From: Octopus vulgaris
Lineage: Eukaryota
Length of the DNA: 64,000 nucleotides
Direction of reading: 5' to 3'
Assembly (NCBI GenBank): GCA_951406725.2
Contig: OX597814.1
Location: 36,084,001 to 36,148,000 of the forward strand
How positions within the stretch are numbered: the first letter of the stretch is position 1; every line of letters begins with the position of its first letter. The position numbers were made by a program, and so were the translations under genes. Below are positions 12,502-25,691 of this stretch, in pieces. The notes beneath the pieces are model-generated. The model was not told where the DNA came from, did no database searches, and was given only the letters and a program-made list of their open reading frames with translations.

Positions 12502-12587
12502 CACAGATGCACAGAGAACGGATTCCGTCACATGCCAGGGGGAGAAACTAGAAGAAATTGATAGCTTCCACTACCTAAGTGACTAAG
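12502..12587 (+). mobile_element. 86-bp RTE ORF fragment inserted into an old minus-strand family-B SINE tail
   Basis: Collinear with 14122-14207 (offset 1620); interrupts ...gggcacc|gccttgaag. Confidence 0.8.
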
Positions 12588-13767
12588 AGCCTTGAAGAGT
12601 TTAATTGAAGAAATCCCACCCAGTACAATTTTTTTTTATATTTTGGTACTTATTATAGCAATGTAAACAAATGAACATTGGTTATCAAATTGTTTGAGAA
12701 CAAATATATATGGATACGTACAAACACAAACACAAACACACATACATACACACATGCATGCACACACACTTCATAATCCTCTGAATTGTTGAAAAATTTT
12801 ATTCTTCATGTCTTTATTGGTTTCAACTATTAGAGCTCAAATAATTGCCAAGAAGCTGTACTGAGATAAAGATAGATGGAACATAGGGAGTAAATTTTTT
12901 TGATGCAAGTTAGAGTTAGTTGTTAATGTTGAGCAATCCTGGTCTTAAGAGCAAAAAACCAGCTCATTGTATTCTCGTTCTTCTGTTTCTTTCTAAAAGA
13001 ATATATTGGCAGAACATAGCTTTTCAAGTTCTGCTTCCACTCAGAACTGTGTTTCAAACCACAGGTCAGTGACATCAGTATTGAAACAAGAGTTACGTTG
13101 CAACAAGTGCTGTATGTCATACTGTATGTGAACTATTGAATGTCTATTCATCTTCATTTTGTATATGTGTGTGTGTGTGTGTGTATGATTGTGTGCTTCT
13201 GTGTGTATGTGGTGCGTGTGTGTGTGTATGTATGATTGTGTGCCTCTGTGTGTATGTGGTGTGTGTGAGTGTATGTGCAAGCATGTGCTTGCATATGCAT
13301 TCATGTATAGAAATACATGCATACACACACATATATATAGCGATGTGCATTACATATTGCACATTTTTCATTTTGAGGAATGAAATTCTTTTTCATTTTA
13401 AATACTAGAATAAATATATGTAACTTCAAGTGTTCTATAACAGATAAGTTAATGTCAGGAAGAAAAACAAAAAAAAAAAACAAAGGAAAATAAAACAAAA
13501 ACAAAAAAGAATAAAACGGCAACTTCAACTGAATGAGAAAAGAGAATATTTCAAACTTATCATTTGAAACTTCAGATTTCATGCTTGAATCAAAAGTTAG
13601 TGCTAGAATTATTTTATTAATAGTTTTTCAAGTATTCTATTATTGAATGAAGTCATGTAAATCTACAAGTTTCATATTTACCTAAATTACTGAAATAGTT
13701 TTTTGGGGATTAAATGGCCTCTATTTATATTTAAATTACATCATAGTGAAGGTAGCAGAAGTAAAGT

Positions 13768-14010
13768 TCCTTCCCAAGACATATAGACTCAAATGGCCAG
13801 TTTCCCCGGCTTCATGGTGTATATAATCCCCACCTGGATGGGATGTCAGTCCATTGCAGGATTACTCATTTTTGCCAGCTGAGTGAAGTGGAGCAATGGG
13901 AAATGAGGTGTTTTGCTCAAGACTGCAACACATCACCTGACCCAGCAAATGAAACCACATTCTTATGATCATGAATCCAGTACCCTAGCCACAAAGCCAC
14001 ATGCCTCCAC
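13768..14010 (-). mobile_element. tRNA SINE, CORE-like centre plus tail F
   Basis: Same architecture as 22756-23003. Confidence 0.75.
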
Positions 14011-14116
14011 CAAAGTAGAAGTAGTTGTATTTATAACTAACATGTAGGGTTACTCATAATATATACTGACCTTGGAGTAAAAAAAATTAAAATTCAAAAT
14101 TGTTTATAGTAATGCA

Positions 14117-15365
14117 AACAACACAAATGCACAGAGAATGGATTCCATCACATGCCAGTGGGAGAAACTAGAAGTAATTGATAGCTTCCATTACCTAGGT
14201 GACTAAGTTTGTAGTTGGAGTGGATGCTCAGAGAGCATTGCCACTAGAATAAGAGTAGCCTGGGTAAAGTTCAGAAAGCTCCTACCTCTACAGGTGACAA
14301 AGGGCCTCTCACTCAGAGTGAAAGGTACATTGTTTGATGCATGTGTGTGAACTGCCATGCTACACATCAATGAAACATGGGCCATGACTGCTGAAGGTAT
14401 GTGTAGGCTTGAAAAAAATGAAGCTAGCATGATCTGCTGGATGTGTAATGTCAGTGTACATACATGACAGAGTGTAAGTGCAATGAGAGAAATGTTGGAC
14501 ATATGAAGCATCAGATGTGGTGTGCAAGAGAGACGACTGTACTGGTATGGTCATGTGCTTACATATGGATGAGGAGAGCTGTGTGAAGAAGTGTTACTCC
14601 CTAATAGAGGAAGGAACCCGTGGAAGAGGAAGACCCAGGAAGACATGATATGGGTAGTGAAGCATGACCTTCAAATGTTGGGCCTTACATAGGCAATGAT
14701 GAAAGGCTGAGACTTCTGGAGATATGCTGTGATTGAGAAGACCTGGAAAGTAAAGTGTGATCACAGCCATACCCTATACCAGTGTCACATAACCAGCCCA
14801 TTTAAAAAGTACCTTTGAATCATTGGGCAACATGCTGTGCTTGAGGAGACCTATTGAGTCAAGTAAAATCAAAATCGAAACCAAAAGTCAAATCAAAAAT
14901 TAAATCACCATCAAATGGAAATTGTAATTGTGGTGATGCCAGTGCTGCCTGACTAGCTCTCATGCTGGTGGCATGCAATAAACACCTTTCATGCACGGTT
15001 CTTTGCTAGTGCTGCCTGACTGGCTCCCCATGCTGGTAGCATGTAAAAAGCACCATCCAAACGTGGTCAATCCCAGCCCTTCCTCCCGCTCTGACTGGCT
15101 CCTGTGTTGGTAGCACGTAAAAAGCACCTTCCAAACCTAGCCAATGCAAGTGCCTTCTGACTGGCTCCGATGCCAGTGGCACATAAAAAGCACCCACTAC
15201 ACCTTGGAGCGGTTGGCATTAGGAAGGGCACCCAGCTGTAGAAACATTGCCATATCAGATTGGAGCCTGGTGCAGCTTCCTGGCTTGCCAGTTCCCAGTA
15301 GAACTGTCCAACCCATACCAGCATGGAGAACGGATGTTAAATGATGATGATGAGGATGATGATGA
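14117..15365 (+). mobile_element. 5'-truncated RTE LINE
   Basis: LEVIDSFHYLGD...IRVAWVKFRKLLP...ETWAM...RRLYWYGHV; 3' UTR with ~60-70 bp subrepeats; (TGA)n tail. Confidence 0.9.
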
Positions 15366-15711
15366 ATGCATAAATCCTGGGTTATTTAATGAAGTAAGTG
15401 GAGCAAAATAAGGATTTAAAAGAATTAAAATTTATGAAAAAATATTCACGCAACGTTGATTTCTGGTATGAAAATAGATTTAGTAAAATTTTAAACAGAG
15501 AGAAAAATAATGCATGCATTAACTGCCAAGAAACATTTCTTTTAGAATTCATTGATGATATATTTAACTAACTGGAGCTTATTTATCTCTTTAACATGGA
15601 AACTGTACCATTATAGACTTGTATATATGGTGTGTGTGTGTGTGTGTTTGTATAAATATATGTGTGTGTATGTGTCTTTGTGCATATGTATGTATGTGTA
15701 TTTGTGCATAT

Positions 15712-15758
<47 letters not shown>

Positions 15759-15964
15759 GGTATTTTAGGTCACTGGAAGTATTGTGTATTGTTTGTGAAA
15801 TTTAACGTGTCTGGAATGGTACAACAATGGAGAATGGACTATAATAACTGTTATAAATAATTTAATTATTCATAGTCTAATACAATATTTTGGAATATAA
15901 AAATTCCTTCTTCAGATATTGCTAGGAATTAATGGAGTCACTGCCACAGTATATATTTATATAA

Positions 15965-16035
<71 letters not shown>

Positions 16036-16622
16036 TACATACCTATCTCTGTATATGTGTGTATGTGTGTGTATACACACATACACACACACGCACACAA
16101 ACATTTGTATTCATATTTGTTTTTACGTAAAATCATAAAAACAACTGAACTTTAAATCGAAAGGTCACTCAATACATTTTGTATTTATTTTTATTTAATA
16201 GTTATTTATTTTTGCAAGAAGTTTGACAGTAATTTTGAAGTTCCAACCAAAATACTGTCATCAGTCTGTGACTTAGTTTGATTTCTCATGCCTATAATAT
16301 GGTTTTAGATGGTGGTGGTGGTATGCAAATTAAAGTGGAATTAATGAGTTTGCTGTGAATAACGAAGAGGTGGTTCTATAAGATTTTTAGGCTGGAGTGG
16401 AGAAGAAAGATAGTAAAGACAATTTTTTAATTGAACAAGGGTAAATAAAAGTTGTGTTCTTTTGATAGGTTCTGCTGAGCTGCTTATATTTGATGTGAAG
16501 AATTGTTGTATATTTATGTTATAATGTAGGTTCATTCAAATAATTTTATGAACCTTAGTGCTGGAAAGTTAATTTTGCATTAAACTTCATGTGGTAGAAG
16601 GGACACAATTTGTGTTAGTTGA

Positions 16623-16745
16623 AGTCGACTTTGTCTTTCAAACTTCGGGGTCGATAAATTAAGTACCAGTTGCATACTGGGGTCGATCTAATCGACTGAT
16701 TCCTCCCCCAAACTTTCGGGCCTTGTGCCTAGAGTAGAAAAGAAT
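16623..16745 (+). mobile_element. SINE family C-related 3' fragment
   Basis: gtcgactttg...ggggtcgataaattaagtaccagttgcatactggggtcgat. Confidence 0.7.
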
Positions 16746-16810
16746 TTGCGTTAGTTGAAGGTTTCCTTTGACCCATTTAGGATTTCTTATAGGTTTGTTT
16801 GTATAACATT

Positions 16811-17197
16811 GAAAGATACCCCAACAGCTGAACAGGGCGCCACTGCATGGTGCCAAAGATCCCAACATCACCATCAAAATACAGGACCTGATACTGCAAC
16901 AGCTTGGGTTTCAGGGGACCACAGATCTTCAATATCCTTCCTAAATGCCTGAGAGACTTGCATGGTGTGGATGTGGGTTTCTTTAAAACTAAACAGGATC
17001 TCTTCTTGTCAGGGGTTCCAGATGAACCTACCTCTCAGCAGGAAACACAGATGCGGGCAGTGGCGTCAAACTCCCTTGTTGACCAAGTGCCATGTATGAG
17101 TGGTGGTTTCACATACTAGTGTAGCTCATTCAACAAGTGGTGCCCCAGCATGGCCACAGCTTTCGAGCTGAAACATTTTTAAGGATTTAAGGATTTA
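16811..17197 (+). mobile_element. CR1-like LINE 3' end
   Basis: GRHCMVPKIP...NSLGFRGPQIFNILPKCLR...FKTK.DLFLSGVPDEP...ASNSLVDQ; 3' hairpin and (AAGGATTT)n tail. Confidence 0.8.
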
Positions 17198-17373
17198 TAA
17201 CAGCTTAGGTGATATACTATTTTTAAGTTTCATACAAGAAAGTTAGTAAATACAAGTATGGTTGGTTAGGTTTCTATCAAAGATTTGGTCAAAGATAGGT
17301 CAAATATGATGGTTAGTGTTAAAAGTTTGCAAAATTTCTACTGGTTTTGTAAAATATATTATTTATATAAAGT

Positions 17374-17699
17374 GAGGGCGCGTGGTTTAGTGGTTAGGGC
17401 ATTCGGCTCATGATCGTAAGGTTGTGAGTTCGATTCCCGGCGACGCGTTGTGTCCTTGAGCAAGACACTTTATTTCACGTTGCTCCAGTCCACTCAGCTG
17501 GCAAAAATGAGTTGTACTTGTATTTCAAAGGGTCAGCCTTGTCACTCTCTGTGTCACGCTGATTATCCCCGAGAACTACGTTAAGGGTACACGTGTCTGT
17601 GGAATGCTCAGCCATTTGCACGTTAATTTCACGAGCAAGCTGTTCCGTTGATCGTATCAGCTGGGACCCTCGTCGTCGTAACCGGCGGAGTCGAGAGAG
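17374..17699 (+). mobile_element. tRNA SINE, CORE-like centre plus tail D
   Basis: A box TGGTTTAGTGG, B box GAGTTCGATTCC; perfect 13-bp TSD atttatataaagt at 17361-17373 and 17700-17712. Confidence 0.9.
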
Positions 17700-17782
17700 A
17701 TTTATATAAAGTTTCTATTGTGGTATAGTTCTTTGTTTCTAGTAGAAACACTTATGTGTAGACATACATATATATATATATA

Positions 17783-18640
17783 CTAGACTACCCATGACTC
17801 ATTGGGTCACCAGGAAACTCTCAGTTTCCCAGCAACGGAGTTTTGTTTCATGTTTTTATCCTTTCAGGTTATTTCGCATGCTGCCAACGAATGTGACATC
17901 AAAATCACATGTAAACGGCTCGTTTCCCCACCAAAGAAAAGATTTGGTTGTTATTTCTTGCATGCCCTGCTACCACGCAACAGGTATTTCGGGTCCTTTA
18001 TTGCAAATAACTGTTATGTGGTAGCAGGGTGTGCTAGAAATAGCAACCAAATATTTGAAGGTGAGATATGTTGGGTGCACTTGAAAAAAAAAAAATCATG
18101 GAAAACAAATATTTTAGACTGAGGTTATGAATGGGTCTTTTATGAAATATTTACAATATTTTTAAAGTCATTTTCACTTTAGAATATATTTTAAATATGC
18201 CAAAAACTTTTCGTAATGGTATTCATGTGAAAATGATTTAAAAAGACATGAAAATATTGTCTGTTTAAAGAATAAATAAATAAATAAATAAATAAAGCTA
18301 AAATATAAATACTTACTGCACAAACAACTTACATTTTTGAAATCACATTCATTTAAAAATATTTCTAGATGATTAAAATATTGTGTTTAACAAAAGCGAA
18401 AACAGAAACATTTACTGTAAAAACAAAAATTATATTTTTCCGTTGTCAACTCACTGTGTCTAATAGAAAGATAAGACTCTCTTCCTTTTCAGGATGAAGA
18501 TTATTTTCGGAACATTTTCCCTTTATGCACTGTTTTGGGTATTTATACCCTGAAAACCTCTAATATATCAAGAACCACTTTACTGATTTACACGAAACTT
18601 GTTTCATTCTGTTCCTAATAACATTTCCGGGTAAACTTAA
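17783..18640 (-). mobile_element. Probable non-autonomous Helitron-type element (right boundary uncertain)
   Basis: Minus strand ends hairpin (accca..tgggt)-CTAG|T in a (TA)n run; aaccactttactgatttacacgaaactt near 18573 resembles the internal motif of the Helitron at 61780. Confidence 0.45.
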
Positions 18641-18781
18641 TTCATAGTATTTTCCCATTATGTGCCAGTTTGGCTGAGTAACATTGCAAGCAAACAAGAT
18701 TCAATCTGACTTTTAATAGTATATATAATATATATATAATAAATATATATATATTTAATAGTATATATATATATATATATA

Positions 18782-19346
18782 TATTCATAGAAAAATGCAG
18801 TGTACATTTTAACATATAAGAGAAGACCATAATAGGACATCTGACTCACTAGAAAGAGCAGTTAAATCTCCAAGCCACTAATAGTTGCAATTCTGAAAGA
18901 GAATGAAAAATAAAAACATTTACCCTATCTTTCCTGGACTATACATAGTTTCTGCAATCTTGTATAAACCAAAATAAAATAATTTTAATTTACAACTTGC
19001 ATTGCTTCAACAGCAGGATGCCAGGGTTCACATATATAGGCATGAGGCAATAAAGATCATGCCTCGTGTCTATATGTTATAATTTTTCATATCCTCTGTG
19101 CAAATGTGGAACTATCTGGCAGTAAATAAATTGCCGATTTTCTTTCAAAATTTGCTAAAAACCTTTTATCACTAATTAAAATCTTAGGGTAGCAAAAAAT
19201 ATTTATAGAAAAATTCTTTGTTACCAATGGTCTAGTGAGAAGGAAAAATTTTAGTCAATAGACTATATATTATTCAGAGAAAAATACAGTGTACATTTAA
19301 ACACATAAGAGATGACCATAATAGGACATCTGATTCACTAGAAAGA
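18782..19346 (+). repeat. 76-bp local direct repeat (18782-18857 and 19271-19346)
   Basis: tattca(t/g)agaaaaat(g/a)cagtgtacattt...cactagaaaga, offset 489. Confidence 0.9.
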
Positions 19347-19349
19347 TGA

Positions 19350-20430
19350 TATTTCTACCTACACCTTTTCTGGATATCAATCACTTGACAAATGTATGTT
19401 GAGGAATGTTCTTCCATTATCCATTTTTCTTGATATGCATGTATTCAATAGCATATGCCTTATTTATATGTATATCAGGGCAATCTTTTCTGCTGATGGC
19501 ATTGTATATTGTTTTAGTCACATGTTGCAGTGGGAGATTGTTCCTCAATGACATTTTTGGTAAGTAGCAGATTACAAGTTTTATGTTCTCCTCAGAAGAG
19601 TGACAAAATTGGGAGATTAAGGGAGATTAAGGGCTTCACTATCCCACATTTTCTTGAAATATTTTGTAGTTTTCTAATGCTCTTCAGCTTTGAGATATCA
19701 CATGATGGAGTAGTCACAAGTTGAAGAAAAACCATACTTCATGTTAACATTGTCGTTCATTTCATATTTACATGTAGCCCTTTTGTTGTTTGTGGGGTGT
19801 TTTGTAATATGCAGAGATGTATGTACTGAGATATACAAACCTTGCATTTCTGGGTTCATATGGCAGTGGTGGAGGTCATCAGGAAGTTAATGTTTTTGAG
19901 GAGTTCAATACTTATTTTTCAGCATTTGGTTGATGTATTAATTTTGCTGTTATTCTCTAGCAGTTACTGTCTGAGTGATATCATAGATCACACAAAATCT
20001 GTTTCTATTGATCTTAAGTCTCTTTCTCTGTCTTTTCTTCTCAGATATAATCCATCAATATTACTGTGTCTGTAGCAGCTTCCTGTTAATGTCAAGATCT
20101 CATAGCTTTTAATGTCTATAAACTGGATTTCTACAGACCAATTAAATATCCTAATTATTGGTATGAGTGCCGTAAAAATATTGTTGGATATTGTTGCAAG
20201 AGGAAAGCAATTGTTCTTTAATTTTATCATGTCTGTTGTAATATTCTTTGGTTGGTCTCTCATTATTTACAGTATGATATAAAAAAGAAATGTGTGTCAT
20301 TCTGAAGAGTAACATATGAATGGCTCTCTGCTTGAAATCAATTTGAAGACTTTTACAGCTGTAAGACAACTTCTAGAATTTTCAGCCAAACTGTTTGGTG
20401 GCAAAACTCACTCATTATTTTGAAGTTTGC
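19350..20430 (-). mobile_element. Decayed R4/Dong-like (restriction-like endonuclease group) LINE fragment
   Basis: IPIIRIFNWS..IDIKS..ILTLTG..HSNIDGLYLRRKDRERDLRSIE resembles the post-RT D-RLY-RK-GGRGL motif. Confidence 0.65.
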
Positions 20431-20824
20431 TACAATAACCATTAGTCAGCCAGTGCTGATTGATCAAGCAAAATTTACGTAGGTTTTCACATCTTTTATG
20501 GTGATGATTTTTCATTTTATGGAGATACGTTAGTTTGTGGTTCTAAACTGGTAAAATCTGAGAATTATGGTTTAAAAATGCTACAATATGTATGTATTAT
20601 CATCATCATCATTATCATTTTAGGATTTACATTTCCATGCATGTGTAAGTCACAAAAAACTTGTTAGGATGCACCTTGTCACAGCTTGTTGCTTTTCATG
20701 TCACTAAACCTCTACAGTTTCCAGATGAATTAATATGTCTGCTAGACTAAGATTCTGCAGAGAATTGTGGATATGTGATTTTGTTGTTGTTTATTTATAT
20801 ATACACATATATACTGTGTGTGTA

Positions 20825-20868
<44 letters not shown>

Positions 20869-20970
20869 AGTATGTATGTATATACATGTATATATGTATG
20901 TATGTATATACATGTATATATGTATGTATGTATATACATGTATATATATATATGTATATATACATGTATA

Positions 20971-21049
<79 letters not shown>

Positions 21050-21535
21050 AGGCAAGTGAAATCCAAATTGAAATAGAAATCAAATTTGATGACAGCACTG
21101 CATGACTGGCATCAGTGATAGTGGAGCATCAAGAGCACAATCTGAGCTTGATCATTGCCAGAGCAGCTGACTGGCTCCCATGCTGGTGGCACATAAATAG
21201 CACCATTTGAGTGTGATTGTTACCAGCGTTGGTTTACTGACTCTTGTGCCAGTGGTACGTGAAAAAATATTCGACTGAGGTCATTGCCAGTGCCACTGGA
21301 CTAGCTCCAGTGCAGGTAGTGCATAAAAACACCATTCGAGCATGGCCATTGCCAGTACCGCCTGACTGGCCCTCATGCCAGTGGCATGTAAAAGCACCCG
21401 CTACACTCTCGAAGTGGTTGGCATTAGGAAGGGCATCCAGCTGTAGAAACTCTTCCAGATCAGATTGGAGCCTGGTGCAGCCATCTGGCTCACCAGAAGT
21501 CAGTCAAATCGTCCAACCCATGCCAGCATGGAAAC
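21050..21535 (+). mobile_element. RTE LINE 3' UTR with subrepeats
   Basis: Matches 14855-15330. Confidence 0.8.
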
Positions 21536-21830
21536 TTGTTTGGTTCCATTCAAGCAATTTGTAATGGCTAATCCCTTCCCAGTTTCACTATATGCACAAC
21601 ATCATTTTATGTAGATGAAGATCTTGTTTCACGTGCAATGTCGCTTGTTTACCGAGGCTAAGCCATTCCTGTTACTGCTTCATATTGATGTACAGGCACT
21701 ATTTTTCGTTGCCAGTAACGATTCGGCAAAGAAATCGTTGCTCGTGTCTATGAGTTGAGCGGTGACGAGCAAGCAAACCAGCAGAGATTGTGGCTTGTTG
21801 ATTTTTGTTGTTATCACTTAAACAGACACC
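21536..21830 (-). mobile_element. mariner transposase fragment (first catalytic Asp region)
   Basis: FLCRIVTGNEK*CLYINMKQ*QEWLSLGKQATLHVKQDLHLHKMMLCI**NWEGISHYKLL matches the mariner IVTGDEKW...KxMLCxWWD pattern. Confidence 0.85.
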
Positions 21831-21913
21831 AATAGCTGAAGACTAGCCACATACTTAAAACTCAGTGTACCAAGGCCTCTGAATCAAACTGTTTTGATCC
21901 ATCTAACTATCTG

Positions 21914-21963
<50 letters not shown>

Positions 21964-21964
21964 C

Positions 21965-21998
<34 letters not shown>

Positions 21999-22022
21999 AT
22001 ATATATATATATACACACACAC

Positions 22023-22067
<45 letters not shown>

Positions 22068-22166
22068 ATGTATGTGTGTGTATGTATGTATATGTGAGTG
22101 TGTGTGTGCATATATATATATGTGTGTGTGTATGTATAATTGTGTATGAATATGTGTGTATATGAA

Positions 22167-22491
22167 TAGCTCAGTGGTTAGAGCGTCGAGCTTACGATTG
22201 TGAGGTTGTGAGTTTGAATCCCAGACCGGGCTGCATGTTGTGTTCTTGAGCAAGACACTTTATTTCACGTTGCTCCAGTTCACTCAGCTGTAGAAATGAA
22301 TTGCAACGTCACAGGTGCCAAACTGTATCAGCCTTTGCCTTTCCCTTGGATAACGCTGGTGGCGTGGAGAGAGGAGGCCAGTATGCATGGGCGACTGCTG
22401 ATCTTCCATAAACAACCTTGCACAGACTTATGCCTAGGAAGGTAAATTTCTAGTTGCAATCCCTTGGTCAGTCATGACCGAAGGGGGTCTC
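22167..22491 (+). mobile_element. SINE family A (tRNA head, CORE-like centre, tail A)
   Basis: A box TAGCTCAGTGG, B box GAGTTTGAATCC; copies at 35138, 6923, 973. Confidence 0.9.
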
Positions 22492-22755
22492 ACCATGTAT
22501 AATTCTGTTTGAATGTATCCCTGTTTCGATATCATGTGATGGTTGTAAATGAGAATCACTATCATACAAGCAAATGTTGTTCATTTCTAGTCTTCCATGG
22601 AAGTCATATCTAACCATGGGGAAATATTACCCTGTATGGAAACGTATGAGAGTTGGCAGCAGAAAAAAGGCATTCAACCATAGAAAAATCTTCCAGCTCA
22701 AATTCTCTCTGAATCATCCAAGAATGAATAAGTGGGCATTAAAGGATGCCGTTAG

Positions 22756-23003
22756 TGGAGTCGTGCTGCTTAGTGGTTAATTTGTCAGCACCTGATCGTA
22801 AGATTGTGGTTTCGATTCCTGGACCGGGCAACGTGTTGAGTTCTTGAGCAAAACACTTCATTTCACATTGCTCCAGTCCACTCGGCTGGCAAAAATGAGT
22901 AACACTGCGATGGACTGGCGTTCTGTCCAGCTGGGGAACACATACGCCTTAGAAACCAGGAAACTGGGCCCATGAGCTTGGCTAGGATTTAAAAAGGGTG
23001 CAT
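22756..23003 (+). mobile_element. tRNA SINE, CORE-like centre plus tail F
   Basis: B box GGTTTCGATTCC; tail gcgatggactggcg..gtccag..gaaaccaggaaactgg shared with 51797 and 56826. Confidence 0.8.
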
Positions 23004-23249
23004 GTATTTTATCTTTAAAGGATGACGTTGAGTGTGACAATGATTGTTGTTTCAGAATCCATAAGTGAGAAAAAATCAAGTACTACAATATTTGTCAGTA
23101 AGGTACAGATATTAATATATATACAATACAGTATAAAAGTCATCCCCATTTTCTTTATATCAGCCCTTTTGATGAGCATAGGGAGTGAGTTTTCAATGAA
23201 TACTTGTGAGTAAAATTGCATGGTAAATTTAACTGATGTATGTTCAATA

Positions 23250-23607
23250 CTACATTATATAGATCTATCTATCTGCCTGCCTATCTGCCTGCCTATCTGT
23301 CTGTCTATCTGTCTCTATGTGTCTGCGTGTGTATGTGTGTGTGTGTGTTCGTCTGTGTATGTGAGGGCCTGTATGCTTGTCTGCCTGCCTGCCTGTCTGC
23401 CTATCTATTTCTGCCTGCCTGTCTGTCTGTCTATATATATATTAGTTCAATAAGTTGTTGAATATAGCCAAACAAAAGTTTAAAAGTGATAAAAATACAC
23501 ATAATTTTAAAACCTGAAATGCAAAATAAATAGGAAAAACTGTCCTTAAACACATTTATGTATATAGATATTGATATTTATTTACACACACATATATACA
23601 GACACAC

Positions 23608-23644
<37 letters not shown>

Positions 23645-23810
23645 AACATGCATATATATGTATATATACATACATATATATATATATATATCTATATATA
23701 CATAAATATACATGTGTGTCTGTATACATATGTATATACATAAATATCAGTATATATGTACATAAATATATTATAAGGACTGTTTACAAACACGCATATA
23801 AACATACATG

Positions 23811-23880
<70 letters not shown>

Positions 23881-24321
23881 CATATATAAATGTATATGTA
23901 TAAATATACATTATTTGGACATGCACATAAAGACCAATACTCTAAAAATTAATAAACAAAATAAAATAGGCAATGACGAACAGGAAAAGTAAAAGAAAGT
24001 GAATTCAAAGCTTTTACTTATTTAACGAACAGAAATGAAGAGAAAATTTGTAAATTTTTACAAACACAATTAAAATATAATGTTAGCTACAAAATACATT
24101 GTAGATCAAAGCTGAAAAGTGATGATATCAATCAAATTGACAGATTATTAAATAGCTACTGCTTCAAGCATGCAACAAAAGCTAAAACATTAAATTATCA
24201 AAGACCAAACCCTGGTCATGGCTATTAAAACCCAAATGTAATTGTAGACACCGTAAGGATGAGGGTTTCTGTTTGATGTCTTTATTGAAGCCCTGGCTGT
24301 ATAGTAGCATCTCTCTCTCTT

Positions 24322-24368
<47 letters not shown>

Positions 24369-24807
24369 TCTGCTCTGCTTCTCTATTCACAGTAAGGTAC
24401 TGGGTTTGTTAGGGAATATGTTGGTAAAAGCATATGCTTGTGTGAGCATGCATGGATGGTCTCTCACATGCAGGCACACACACACAGACACACACACACA
24501 CAGACGCACACACACAGACACACACACACAGACACACACACACACACACACACACACATATTAACATAAACATGCAAGCAGAGAAATACATGTACACACA
24601 GGTAAGTGTTCATGTATGAATGACGACATTGCCCTAATGTGAAATATATATATATATATATACACAAATATAAGCATAATAAGCGTGTATTTATATGTAT
24701 ATGTGTGTGTGTATTTATATATATATATATATATATACACAAATATAAGCATAATAAGTGTGTATTTATATGTATATGTGTGTGTGTGTATTTATATATA
24801 TATATAT

Positions 24808-24847
<40 letters not shown>

Positions 24848-25078
24848 GAGAGAGATACGTATATATAATCATTCTATTCTCTCTCAATCTCTCTCATTAT
24901 ACATATCAGTGCATGATATACCTGTGGATACGTACACTAACGCACAAAAGAAACACAAATTAATACATGTGTACACATACATATAACATATATATGCATA
25001 TATATATATGTGTGTGTTTATATATGTATATATACACACACATATATATATGTATATGTACATACATACATGCATATT

Positions 25079-25114
<36 letters not shown>

Positions 25115-25491
25115 AACACCACACACATAGATACAAACAGACACTCATACACACATGCATATAATATTGACATTGATAATGATAGGAAAAATGCTACATA
25201 GAAACATACACTCAAGTTTATGACCATATATAATAGTAAAGGAAAAATGTAACACTTTGCAACATTAGAAATGTTCGTATATCTGCAAAAATTTCATTTC
25301 GTGTGCATATGCATATATATGAATAGAGATTATGCCTATGATGAGATGATACTGGCGATGTTTTCTCTATATACATATAAATATATATATATATATATAT
25401 ATATCATTGTAATACACATATGCATGTATACATATATACATACATACATACATACATATATTTATATATATATATATATATACATGCCTAC

Positions 25492-25525
<34 letters not shown>

Positions 25526-25645
25526 ATGTACATATATGCATATATATCTATACATAAATATATATGTATATGCATATATATATATATATATGTATATACA
25601 TACATACATATATATACATATATATATATATATGCATATATATAT

Positions 25646-25691
<46 letters not shown>

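Noticed and set aside
14935-15200. Repeat-spacer-like pattern, also at 21120-21400 and 36850-37180
   Set aside because: Degenerate tandem subrepeats of the RTE 3' UTR, present in several copies
17374-17450. tRNA genes at SINE heads (also 22167, 37849, 41902, 51797)
   Set aside because: A and B boxes are present but there is no acceptor stem, and they continue into SINE bodies, several with TSDs
18493-18538. Exon-like segment encoding signal-peptide-like MKIIFGTFSLYALFW
   Set aside because: Lies in probable Helitron-type repeat sequence, has a modest donor and no downstream partner exon
21630-21720. Apparent E-box, FOX site and X-box (GTTGCCAGTAAC) cluster suggesting a ciliary promoter
   Set aside because: The bases are the antisense of a mariner transposase (IVTGNEK), which also explains the CpG richness
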